From: Candidatus Methylomirabilia bacterium
Lineage (GTDB): Bacteria > Methylomirabilota > Methylomirabilia > Rokubacteriales > CSP1-6
Reading direction: 5' to 3'
DNA: 64,000 bases
NCBI GenBank assembly: GCA_046758965.1
Contig: JBHIBG010000004.1
Span: 1-64,000, forward strand
Positions 55,720 through 64,000 of the stretch are shown piece by piece. Numbering within the stretch: position 1 is the first letter of the stretch; each line of letters begins with the position of its first letter. The notes beneath the pieces were generated by a model that was given only the letters and a program-made list of their open reading frames with translations, was not told the origin of the DNA and made no database searches. The translations under genes and the position numbers were made by a program.

Positions 55720-56127
55720 CTACGAAGCTTCCTTGGCGAAGACGTGCGAGGCGTGATGATGAACCATCAGCCAGCGGCCCTCGGCCCGCTCGAAGAGGTT
55801 GGTGGTCAGCACCGAGGTAGCGGAGATGTCACCCCGCACTTGCGAGAGGATGCTCTCCGTGCAGGTGACCCACGCGAGGTTGCGCTCTACGCGGACGGAG
55901 ACGTCGCCGAGGCTGAAGCGGATCTCCCCGGTAGTGGAGAAGATCGCCTCCCGGGAGTCCCGAACTGCGTCTGAGCCGGGGAGGAGCGCCCATCCCGGAT
56001 GGACACACTTGACATGGGCCCCCTTGACCCAGGCCGCCTCCATCTCGACCAGGCTGAGGCTCTCGAATGCGCGGTAGAAGCGGGCGTTGGCCCCTTCAAC
56101 CTCGGCGAGCTCATCGTCGCGGCCCAT
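55720..56127 (-). CDS. SnoaL/NTF2-like protein
   Basis: ANARFYRAFE, CVHPGW, AWVTCTE, TNLF, WLMVHHHAS; own RBS. Confidence 0.85.
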   Translation of the reverse strand: MGRDDELAEVEGANARFYRAFESLSLVEMEAAWVKGAHVKCVHPGWALLPGSDAVRDSREAIFSTTGEIRFSLGDVSVRVERNLAWVTCTESILSQVRGDISATSVLTTNLFERAEGRWLMVHHHASHVFAKEAS

Positions 56128-56487
56128 TCCTCTTCCTCCGGACACGAGATGAGCACGCGCTCTCCCTCCCGGACCCACGCGGAGCGGGGTGAGGGAAGCG
56201 CCCGAGCAGGGGCCGGCAGTGCAGAGGCCAGTTTCCGGCCGGTAGACGGCGCCGTGCGTGGCGCAGATGAGGTGGCGGCCGTCCTCGGTGAAGAACTCGT
56301 TGGAAAATACGTCCAGGGGCGTACCCACGTGCGCGCAGCGATTCACGTAAGCGCAAAACTGGCGTTCGCGGTTGATCGCCAAGCCCTCACCCACCTTCGC
56401 CCCGCAGCGAAGGCGGAACTTGACCGACTGGCCCGGATCCAGCGAGGCCGCGGAGAAACTCCATTGAGCGAGTACCTCACTCCCCAT
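56128..56487 (-). CDS. Rieske [2Fe-2S] protein reading in frame into the SnoaL gene
   Basis: NRCAH...LICATHGA.Y.P.TG.C..GPC; no stop before the SnoaL start. Confidence 0.8.
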
Positions 56488-56669
56488 TGCCGGCTGCCCC
56501 CCCCTTGCATGATGGAGGGGGAACGACACTGCCTAGCATCGTTTCGACTGATCGTCGCGGCTCGTTTCGAGAGTGGTACGACAACCTTCGAGAAGACATA
56601 AGCGCCCCCGCCGGCCTGTGCGACCGACGAGAGCGTCGAAAGCCTGGGCGGGCCCGCCGCCGAGCGAGA

Positions 56670-56990
56670 TCATTGTCCAGGCGGGCGGTAGCTGATGGTC
56701 TTCTTCGTCGCCTGGTCCATCTCCTCGGGCGTGAGAAGGACTGTGGTCTTGACGTGGACCGCCCCGCTCGCGTTGACTGCCAGGGAGACCGCGGCGGTCG
56801 TGACATTGTCCGGCGCGTCGATAATACCGAACACGTCAGTCTCGCCGAAGGCATAGTAGAAGGCTTCCAGCCTCCCGCCCAGGGCCTTTGTCAAGTCGTC
56901 CACCACTGCCCGCCGTTTGGAGCCTCCGTCCTTGAGGAGCCCCTTCGCGCCTTCCGCCGTGTAGGAAGCCTGGAAGAGGTACTTGGGCAT
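56670..56990 (-). CDS. GYD-domain protein
   Basis: MPKYL.QASYT.EG, GG.LE.FYYAFGE.D; promoter TTGACA-17-TAGAGT at 57030-57058. Confidence 0.88.
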   Translation of the reverse strand: MPKYLFQASYTAEGAKGLLKDGGSKRRAVVDDLTKALGGRLEAFYYAFGETDVFGIIDAPDNVTTAAVSLAVNASGAVHVKTTVLLTPEEMDQATKKTISYRPPGQ

Positions 56991-57070
56991 ATGACACCTC
57001 CCCGGGGATGTTTGTTGTCGGTGGGAAGGACTCTATGCCACCCCCTGGAAGCTGTCAAGGCGGTGCTACC

Positions 57071-57099
57071 TTGACCCTCTCCGGTCTCCGGGCTAACCT
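57071..57099 (+). promoter_or_regulatory. sigma70 promoter (divergent from GYD promoter)
   Basis: TTGACC-17 nt-TAACCT. Confidence 0.6.
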
Positions 57100-57200
57100 T
57101 GACGCATCGCTTCTTCATGCGACCGGTCCGGCTGGTGGAGGCCCCGGCACGAACTCTCCGCGGCGCCAAGAGGTGAACCGTTCACGGGTCAGGAGGGACT

Positions 57201-58064
57201 ATGGGCAGGACGATCTTTCGCGGCTACGACCAGAACGGGCTTGACAGGGAGTATGACAATCGTGGCAAGGTTGCAGATTTCGCCGACTACCTGGCCCGGT
57301 ACGCCAAGGAGAGCGAGGCGGTGCGACCCGAGTTTGACTGCCGTCTCGATGTGCGGTACGGGTCGAGCCCGAGCGAGACCCTGGATCTGTTCCCAGCCCC
57401 TGGTTCCTCGCCAGCCCCGATCCAGCTGTTCATCCACGGCGGCTACTGGCGGGCGTTGGACAAGGCCGACTTCAGCTATGTCGTGCGGGCCTTTCGGCCG
57501 GCGGGCGCCGCGGTCGTGGTGATCAACTACGGGTTGATTCCGGCGGTCGACATGGACGAGCTGGTGCGGCAGTGCCGCAGCGCGATTGTCTGGGTCTATC
57601 GGAACGCCGGGTCGTTCGGCGGTGACCCCGAGCGGCTCTTCATCTCTGGGCACTCCGCGGGGGGGCATCTCGTGGCGATGTTGATGTCGACGGAGTGGCC
57701 GGCGTTGTTGCCGCCTGATCTCATCAAGGGTGGCGCCGGCATCAGCGGGCTCTACGATCTCGAGCCGATCCGTCTATGCTTTCTCAACGAGGAGCTGAAG
57801 CTGACGCCCGAACAGGCCCGGCGCAACACTCCGCTGCATCTCGTTCCGGAGCGAGCCGGCCCCCTGCTGCTTGCCATCGGGGCGCTGGAGGGCCGCGAGT
57901 ATCACCGCCAAACCGACGATCTGGCGGCGGCGTGGCGGACCCGCAGCCTGGCGTGCGAGGTCATGGACATGCCGGACCTCCATCATTTCTCCATCGTCGC
58001 CCAGCTCAACGATCCGGCGAGCGACCTGAGCCGAGCCATCCTCCGCCAGATGGGCCTCCACTGA
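57201..58064 (+). CDS. Arylformamidase-like alpha/beta hydrolase
   Basis: FIHGGYW, GHSAGGHL, SGLYDLEP, HHF. Confidence 0.88.
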   Translation: MGRTIFRGYDQNGLDREYDNRGKVADFADYLARYAKESEAVRPEFDCRLDVRYGSSPSETLDLFPAPGSSPAPIQLFIHGGYWRALDKADFSYVVRAFRPAGAAVVVINYGLIPAVDMDELVRQCRSAIVWVYRNAGSFGGDPERLFISGHSAGGHLVAMLMSTEWPALLPPDLIKGGAGISGLYDLEPIRLCFLNEELKLTPEQARRNTPLHLVPERAGPLLLAIGALEGREYHRQTDDLAAAWRTRSLACEVMDMPDLHHFSIVAQLNDPASDLSRAILRQMGLH

Positions 58065-58218
58065 CGGGGCTCCCGTGTTCACTTGCCCCGCCGTATGGCG
58101 GTATGCTGGGGGTGACCATGTCTGTGGAAACGAGGCCGACCCTGGCAGCTCCGGAGATGGAGAGCAGTGACGTGAACAGCGTGCTGCCGACGATCCTCGC
58201 AACGCTCTGAGACCCGGC

Positions 58219-59046
58219 GTGTTCCGCAAGACCTCCGGCTCGAGCCTCTGCCCTTCCTGCGGGAAGCTGAACAGCGTGAACGCGCCCGTCTGCTTCTTTT
58301 GCGGACGGCGAAACCCGGGGCTCTGGGGGTTCGGGCCCGTTGTGGGCCGGCTGCTGGCAGATATTAGTTTCACCCGGGTCGTGACCGTAGTCTGCATCGC
58401 AGCGTACGTGGCCTCCCTCCTCCTGGACGTTCGCTCAGCCATGCGACCCCGGGGACCGTTCGACATCCTGGCACCCGGCGGCGCTGCACTCGATGCCCTG
58501 GGCATGACGGGTGCCTATGCCTGGGCCCTTGGGCGCTGGTGGACGCTCATCACCGCGATCTATCTCCATGGAAGCGTGCTTCACCTCGTCTTCAACCTGC
58601 TCTGGATCAACCAGCTGGCACCGGCCGTTGAGGAACTGTACGGGCGCTCCCGGCTCATCTTGATCTTCACTGCGGCGGGTGCGCTGGGCTTTGTCGCGTC
58701 AAACTGGATCGGAGTGCCGTTCACGATCGGGGCCTCGGGTTCCATCTTCGGTCTGTTCGGCGCGATGGTCGCCTACGGCCGGAGCCGCGGCGGGGCATTC
58801 GGGGTGTTGATCTTGCGCCAGTACGGTCGGTGGGCACTGGTGCTCTTCATCCTCGGCTTCCTGATGCCCGGGGTGAACAACTTCGCCCACGCGGGTGGCT
58901 TCGTGGGCGGGTACGTCCTGGGTACGTGGCTCGGCCACAACGACCGCCGTCGAGAGGACAGTACCCACCACCTGGCGGCGACCGTGACCGTGGCACTGAC
59001 CGCGTTCTCCTTCGTGCTCGCGCTCTGGAACGGCTTCGTCGGCTGA
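58219..59046 (+). CDS. Rhomboid intramembrane serine protease with N-terminal zinc ribbon
   Basis: CPSC..CFFC; LH...HL.FN, GASG, NFAHAGG. Confidence 0.92.
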   Translation: MFRKTSGSSLCPSCGKLNSVNAPVCFFCGRRNPGLWGFGPVVGRLLADISFTRVVTVVCIAAYVASLLLDVRSAMRPRGPFDILAPGGAALDALGMTGAYAWALGRWWTLITAIYLHGSVLHLVFNLLWINQLAPAVEELYGRSRLILIFTAAGALGFVASNWIGVPFTIGASGSIFGLFGAMVAYGRSRGGAFGVLILRQYGRWALVLFILGFLMPGVNNFAHAGGFVGGYVLGTWLGHNDRRREDSTHHLAATVTVALTAFSFVLALWNGFVG

Positions 59047-59118
59047 GCGAGGAGGCGAGCGTCCCTTGGGCGCAGACCGCGCTCGCCAGCGGCGACCGAA
59101 CAGTGGAGGTGATGTCAG

Positions 59119-60543
59119 GTGAACGAGTTGAGTTTCCTCGATGCCGTGGCTCAGGCTGAGCTGGTGCGGAAGAAGGAGGTCAAGGCGATCGAGCTGGTGG
59201 AGGCGGCGATCGAGCGGATCGAGCGTCTGAATCCGAGCCTCAATGCCGTCGTGACACCCATGTATGACCTGGCGCGAAAAGCAGCCTCCGGGCCGCTCCC
59301 CGACGGCCCCTTTGCCGGGGTGCCGTTCCTCCTGAAGGACTTTCTGGCCGAGTACGCAGGGGTTCGGTTCACCGAAGGGTCGGTCTTTCTGAGCGAATAC
59401 GTCTCCGACGATGACAGCGAGCTGGTCAAGCGATACAAGCGCGCTGGCTTGATCACAGTCGGAAAGAGCAATACGCCGGAGTTCGCGATCGGCGCAACGA
59501 CCGAACCTCGCCTGTTCGGCCCAACCCACAATCCTTGGGATACGGGCCGGACCCCGGGCGGATCCAGCGGGGGCGCTGCGGCCGCCGTGGCCGCCGGCCT
59601 CGTCCCTGTGGCCCACGCCAACGACGCAGGGGGATCCATACGCATCCCTGCCTCGTGCTGTGGGCTCTTCGGTCTCAAACCCACACGGGCGCGGAATCCC
59701 CTGGGGCCTCACTACGGGGACGTCTTCAGCGGCCTGGTGGCCGAGCACGCTCTCACCCGTTCGGTGCGGGACAGCGCCGGGCTCCTCGACGCCACCTCAG
59801 GCCCGGATGTCGGCGACCCCTACTGGGTGTCGCCGCCGGCGCGCCCCTTCGTCCAGGAAGTGGGTACCGACCCCGGCCGGCTCCGCATTGCCCTTACCAC
59901 TCGGACCTTCCTCGGCACCACACTGCATCCCGACTGCCTGGCCGCCGTACGTGACGCCGCGGCCCTGTGCGCCGAACTCGGGCACGAAGTCGTTGAAGGC
60001 GGCCCGGCCATCGACGGCGAATCGCTGTGGCAGGGCTTCACCACTATCTTGTCCGCGGGCTTTGCGTGGGCCATGGAGGACTGGCGGCGGAGGACCGGCC
60101 GGACGCCCACCGCCGAGTCCTTTGAACCCTTTGTCTGGGCCTTCACTGAGAGGGGCCGCCGACTCAGCGCACCGGACTACCTGCTGGTTCTCCAGGATCT
60201 CCAGAGGCTGACGCGCGCGATCGCCCGGTTCTTCGTCGACTACGACGTGTGGCTGACCCCCACGCTCGGCGAGCCTCCGGTTCCTCTCGGCACTTTTGAA
60301 TTTTCCGCGGATGACCCCTTGAAGGTGCGCCGGCGGGTGGCGGCCTTCTCGCCCTTCACTTACGCCAGCAACGTCACTGGTCAGCCGGCTATGTCGGTAC
60401 CGCTCTTCTGGAACACTGAGGGGCTGCCGGTGGGTGCCCACTTCGTCGGCCGCTTTGGCGACGAGGCGACGCTCTTCCGCCTCGCGGGGCAGCTCGAGGC
60501 GGCACGCCCGTGGGCGAGGCGGCGTCCGCCGGTATCGGGCTGA
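59119..60543 (+). CDS. Amidase (amidase-signature family)
   Basis: [25 protein letters not shown]. Confidence 0.95.
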   Translation: MNELSFLDAVAQAELVRKKEVKAIELVEAAIERIERLNPSLNAVVTPMYDLARKAASGPLPDGPFAGVPFLLKDFLAEYAGVRFTEGSVFLSEYVSDDDSELVKRYKRAGLITVGKSNTPEFAIGATTEPRLFGPTHNPWDTGRTPGGSSGGAAAAVAAGLVPVAHANDAGGSIRIPASCCGLFGLKPTRARNPLGPHYGDVFSGLVAEHALTRSVRDSAGLLDATSGPDVGDPYWVSPPARPFVQEVGTDPGRLRIALTTRTFLGTTLHPDCLAAVRDAAALCAELGHEVVEGGPAIDGESLWQGFTTILSAGFAWAMEDWRRRTGRTPTAESFEPFVWAFTERGRRLSAPDYLLVLQDLQRLTRAIARFFVDYDVWLTPTLGEPPVPLGTFEFSADDPLKVRRRVAAFSPFTYASNVTGQPAMSVPLFWNTEGLPVGAHFVGRFGDEATLFRLAGQLEAARPWARRRPPVSG

Positions 60544-60577
60544 GCCCCAGAGTTCAGCGGGACCCCACGCGTCGTCC

Positions 60578-61816
60578 TCAGCTTGCCAGCGCGAGAAGCG
60601 TCCGGAGGAGGACATCGGCGCCGCGCTCGACGGCCTCCCAGTCGCTCGCCTCATCAGGCCGGTGACTCCTCCCTCGCTTCGACGGGATGAAGATCATGCC
60701 GGCCTCCGTCACACTGGCGAGGTTCTGGGCATCGTGGCCCGCCCCGGAGGGCATCGGGTGGAAGGCCAGCCCAAGGTTGCGGCAGGCTCCCTCGATTGCC
60801 GCCTGAACCCGTCGGGCGCACTGGACTGGCTCGGTTCGGGACCCCGGGAGCACCTCTACTCCGAGGCCGCGCCGGTTGGCGATGCGCCGGGCCAGTGAGA
60901 GGCAGCGTCTCCCGAGGTGATCGAGGATCCCGGGGTTCAACTCGCGCAGCTCCTGGATGAGAGCGGTCCGGGCCGGGACGATATTGGGAACACCGGGCTT
61001 GACCTCCACTACCCCGATGTTGGTCACGCTCCGCTCGCTCCCGTGCTTCAGCACCAGCTCGCGGGCCTTCAGGGAAAACTCGGCTGCCGCGAGGAAACTG
61101 TCCTTCCGCCGCTCCATCGGCGTGGTCCCGGCGTGGTCAGGCTCGCCGATGAAAACAATCCGGGTTCGCGCGATCCCCACGATCCCGGTCACAACCCCGA
61201 TAGGAACACCCAGAGCCTCTAGGTGAGGCCCCTGCTCGATATGGAGCTCTACATACGCAGCCAGGCTCCCGCGACCGCGGGCCGCGCCCGGGGCCTCCAG
61301 GGCATTGAACCCGGCCCGGGCCATGGCATCCACGAGTCGCTCGCCATCTGGGCTGGCCAGCGTGAGGAGTCGGGCCGGGTCGAGTTTGCCTGTGAAGGCG
61401 GTGGAGCCGAAGAGACTCGCGTAGCGCCCCTCCTCGTCGCTCCAGGCTGCGAGGCTCAGGGGACGCGCCAGGCGGAGCCCGGCCTCGCGGAGCGTACGAA
61501 GGCACTCGAGCCCTGCCAGGACGCCCAACGCGCCGTCGAAGATCCCGCCCTCGGGGACCGAGTCGATGTGGGAGCCGGCGAGGACGCCGAGGTCAGAGGA
61601 CTCCGCGGGCGTCTCCGACAACATGCCGAAGGTGTTGCCGGCTGGATCCACCCACGTCGCCAACCCCGCCTCTCTCATCCGCCCCAGGAGCCAGGCTCGG
61701 GCTTCTTCGTGGGGCTGGCTCCAGGCTGGCCGCGTCACGCCCCCGCTCGAGGTCCGGCCGAAGCGGGCCAGAGTCTCGATATCCTCTCTGAGCCTGAGCA
61801 GCGAGATAGCAACCAT
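60578..61816 (-). CDS. Zn-dependent hydantoinase/carbamoylase-family amidohydrolase
   Basis: GSHIDSVP.GG.FDG, DEEG, ELHIEQGP, HAGTTPM, SGAGHDA, SH.PDE. Confidence 0.93.
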   Translation of the reverse strand: MVAISLLRLREDIETLARFGRTSSGGVTRPAWSQPHEEARAWLLGRMREAGLATWVDPAGNTFGMLSETPAESSDLGVLAGSHIDSVPEGGIFDGALGVLAGLECLRTLREAGLRLARPLSLAAWSDEEGRYASLFGSTAFTGKLDPARLLTLASPDGERLVDAMARAGFNALEAPGAARGRGSLAAYVELHIEQGPHLEALGVPIGVVTGIVGIARTRIVFIGEPDHAGTTPMERRKDSFLAAAEFSLKARELVLKHGSERSVTNIGVVEVKPGVPNIVPARTALIQELRELNPGILDHLGRRCLSLARRIANRRGLGVEVLPGSRTEPVQCARRVQAAIEGACRNLGLAFHPMPSGAGHDAQNLASVTEAGMIFIPSKRGRSHRPDEASDWEAVERGADVLLRTLLALAS

Positions 61817-62035
61817 ACGAGGCAAGATCTCCGTACGAATATACTCTCAATCTCCGGAAACTTTCGTCGGCCGCCCGAAACCAGCCTAGCCCGCCGCGAG
61901 TAGCGCGGCCGGATTGCCTTTTCCGGGCCTTCGGGCTATGATCGCGTCCTGACCTCGCCGCCGGGCCTGATTCCGCGGCGGTGGGGAGGATGAGCCGGAA
62001 GGGATATTCAACCACCAAGTAAGGAGGGCCGGATC

Positions 62036-63295
62036 ATGAGCGATGATCGAACCTCGAAGGGCCAACCAGAAGGACCTCTTTTCCGGGAAGTCAGCCGGCG
62101 TGACCTGCTGAAGACCGGCACGACCGTCGGCCTCGGCCTGGCGGCCTTCGGCGGCCTTGGGCGTCCCGGCCGCGCGCAGGCCAAACAGCTGGTGAAGTTG
62201 TCATTCATCGGCCCGCTCTCCGGCGGAACAGCCTCCAACGGGTTGGGAGGCCGGAACTCCTTCCTGCTGGCCGTGGCGGAGCGAAACGCCGATCCCAAGA
62301 GCAAGTACCGGTACGAGACCATCGTGCTCGACGACGAGTGCAAGCCCACGGTCGGCGTGCAGGCGGCTCTCAAGGCTGGCTCCGACCCGCGGGTGATCGC
62401 TTCCATCTCCCACTACTGCAGTGTCGTGGCTATCGCCACCGTGGACACCTTCCACAAGCTGGGCCTGCCGTCCATGGTCTGGGGCGCGGTGCTCCCTGAC
62501 ATTACCTACGGGCACGAGCACGTGGAGATCACCCGGGTCAACGGGACAATGATCAACCAGAATCAGGTTGCGGCCGACTTCGCCGTGAAGAAGCTGGGCT
62601 TCAGGACCTTCTCGATCATCCACGACACGACCGACTACGGGCGGGGGCACGCCAAGTACTTCACCAAGGGGCTGCGGCGGGTTGGCGGGGAGATCCTCTC
62701 CACGACCGGCACGGCCAAGGACCAGAAGGACTACACGGCCGAGCTGACGAAGATCAAGGCCGAGAAGCCTGAGGTGATCTACTTCGGCGGCCTGACCCCG
62801 GACGGGGTCCGGGTCAAGGTCCAGATGGATAAGCTGGGGATCAAGGCCCAGTTCCAGGGGACCTCGGGGATCAAGTCCGACACCTTCATCGAGACGGCCG
62901 GCCGGAGCGCCGAAGGGGTCTACTGCTTCGTTGAGGGCGCGCCCACCGAAAAGCTTCCGGGCGGCAAGCAATACCTGGCGGCTTACGCCCGGAAGGGCTT
63001 CAAGGAGCCGTCGGAGGCCTACGGCCCCTTCGCCTACGTGGCCACCCATCTGGTCATCGACGCCATCGAGGAGCTCGGGCCGGACCGCGCGAAGGTCGCC
63101 AAGAGGCTCAAGCGGACGAAGACGGAGAATACGATTATCGGGCCCGTGGAGTTCGATGACCACGGCCAGAACACCGTGCCATTGATCACCACCCACGTCG
63201 CCCAGGATGGCAGGTGGGTGGTCTGGGAGGATTCCGAGTACGCGACCGGGAAGCGCGAGTTGCCGGGGCTCAAGTTCAAGCGCCAGCGGACGTAG
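62036..63295 (+). CDS. Branched-chain-amino-acid-type ABC substrate-binding protein, Tat signal
   Basis: SRRDLLK twin-arginine motif; GPLSG, DDEC.P, DTTDYGRG, G.VEFDDHG. Confidence 0.92.
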   Translation: MSDDRTSKGQPEGPLFREVSRRDLLKTGTTVGLGLAAFGGLGRPGRAQAKQLVKLSFIGPLSGGTASNGLGGRNSFLLAVAERNADPKSKYRYETIVLDDECKPTVGVQAALKAGSDPRVIASISHYCSVVAIATVDTFHKLGLPSMVWGAVLPDITYGHEHVEITRVNGTMINQNQVAADFAVKKLGFRTFSIIHDTTDYGRGHAKYFTKGLRRVGGEILSTTGTAKDQKDYTAELTKIKAEKPEVIYFGGLTPDGVRVKVQMDKLGIKAQFQGTSGIKSDTFIETAGRSAEGVYCFVEGAPTEKLPGGKQYLAAYARKGFKEPSEAYGPFAYVATHLVIDAIEELGPDRAKVAKRLKRTKTENTIIGPVEFDDHGQNTVPLITTHVAQDGRWVVWEDSEYATGKRELPGLKFKRQRT

Positions 63296-63346
63296 GGCAG
63301 GCCGCCTGCTGCCTCTCACCCCGATGCCTCCCTCCGTGGCACTCTG

Positions 63347-64000
63347 ATGCCGCCGGTAGAGGTCCTTCTGCAACAAGCCTTCAACGGCTTGATGCTGGGG
63401 GTCATGTATGCCCTCGTCGCCGTGGGCTTCACCCTGTTTTTCGGGGTGCTGAACGTGATCCACTTCTCCCACGGCGACATCTTCATGCTCGGCGCCTTCG
63501 CCGGGCTGAGCTTGACGTTCCTCTGGGCGGCGGTCGGGCTCGGGAACCCGATCGTCGCCCTCCTGCTTACCTTTGTCGGGGCCCTGCTCATCACCGGCCT
63601 CGTCGGGGTCCTCACCGAGCGGGCGTGCGTCAAGCCGCTCGCCAAAGCGCCGCCCCTCATGACGCTCCTGGCCACTCTCTCCCTCGGCCTCGTCATCCGA
63701 GAGGCGGTGCTCATCTTCTACCCCCGGGGGGCCGATCCCAAGCTCTTCCCCGCGATGCTTCCCGACGGGCTCTTCGAGATCGGCGGGGTCGTCATCCGGT
63801 ACGAGAATCTCGCCATCCTGGCGATTGCCGGAGTGTCCATGGTGCTGGTGGACCTGATTATCAACCGGACGCGCATGGGGGCCAGCATTCGGGCCGTGGC
63901 GCAAGACGCCGAGGCCGCGCAGATGATGGGGGTGGATCTCGACCGGACCGTGGACTTTACGTTCTTTCTCGGAGCGGCTCTGGCCGCGGTGGCGGGAATC
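63347..64000 (+). CDS. livH: LivH-type ABC permease (3'-truncated by window)
   Basis: QQAFNGLMLG.MYALVAVGFTL.FGVLNVIHFSHG; TRMG.SIRAVAQD..AA.MMGV. Confidence 0.88.
   Translation, partial: MPPVEVLLQQAFNGLMLGVMYALVAVGFTLFFGVLNVIHFSHGDIFMLGAFAGLSLTFLWAAVGLGNPIVALLLTFVGALLITGLVGVLTERACVKPLAKAPPLMTLLATLSLGLVIREAVLIFYPRGADPKLFPAMLPDGLFEIGGVVIRYENLAILAIAGVSMVLVDLIINRTRMGASIRAVAQDAEAAQMMGVDLDRTVDFTFFLGAALAAVAGI

Noticed and set aside
57100..57200. Riboswitch in the formamidase leader
   Set aside because: Hairpins present but no match to ZTP, guanidine or other aptamer cores I can recognise
58118..58210. 30-aa ORF before the rhomboid gene
   Set aside because: Too short, no motif; cannot be supported

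Overview
High-GC bacterial chromosomal window, mostly housekeeping and metabolic genes; gene content and style suggest Ca. Rokubacteria/Methylomirabilota (inference only, no marker gene searched). It carries radC, pyrD, tRNA-Val(CAC) followed by an integrase-free accessory stretch (sigma54-driven PEGA lipoprotein, 42-aa TPR protein), futalosine-pathway menaquinone genes (mqnE, mqnC, mqnD) with a TetR gene and a palindromic operator, a MaoC-MaoC-cis-prenyltransferase operon, ilvD, queG-pncA-VOC-def, amrA-mutY-mutT, a TPP riboswitch with thiS-thiG-thiE-thiO, tldD-tldE, tatD, tcuA, a decaying DsrH/TusA/DsrE locus and an amidase/carbamoylase/LIV-transporter region. The strongest unusual signal is that mqnD sits inverted inside the mqnE-mqnC-tetR unit, bounded exactly at its start and stop codons by an imperfect 25-bp inverted repeat. 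Flipping it gives an in-frame MqnC-MqnD fusion and puts tetR 7 nt behind the mqnD stop. Other notable items are a tight DnaA-box cluster with no dnaA in the window, a GGA-loop-rich structured leader, -10 boxes built from stop codons, and several deletion or frameshift scars. No CRISPR array, rRNA, transposase or integrase was found. All product calls rest on recognised motifs, not database searches.
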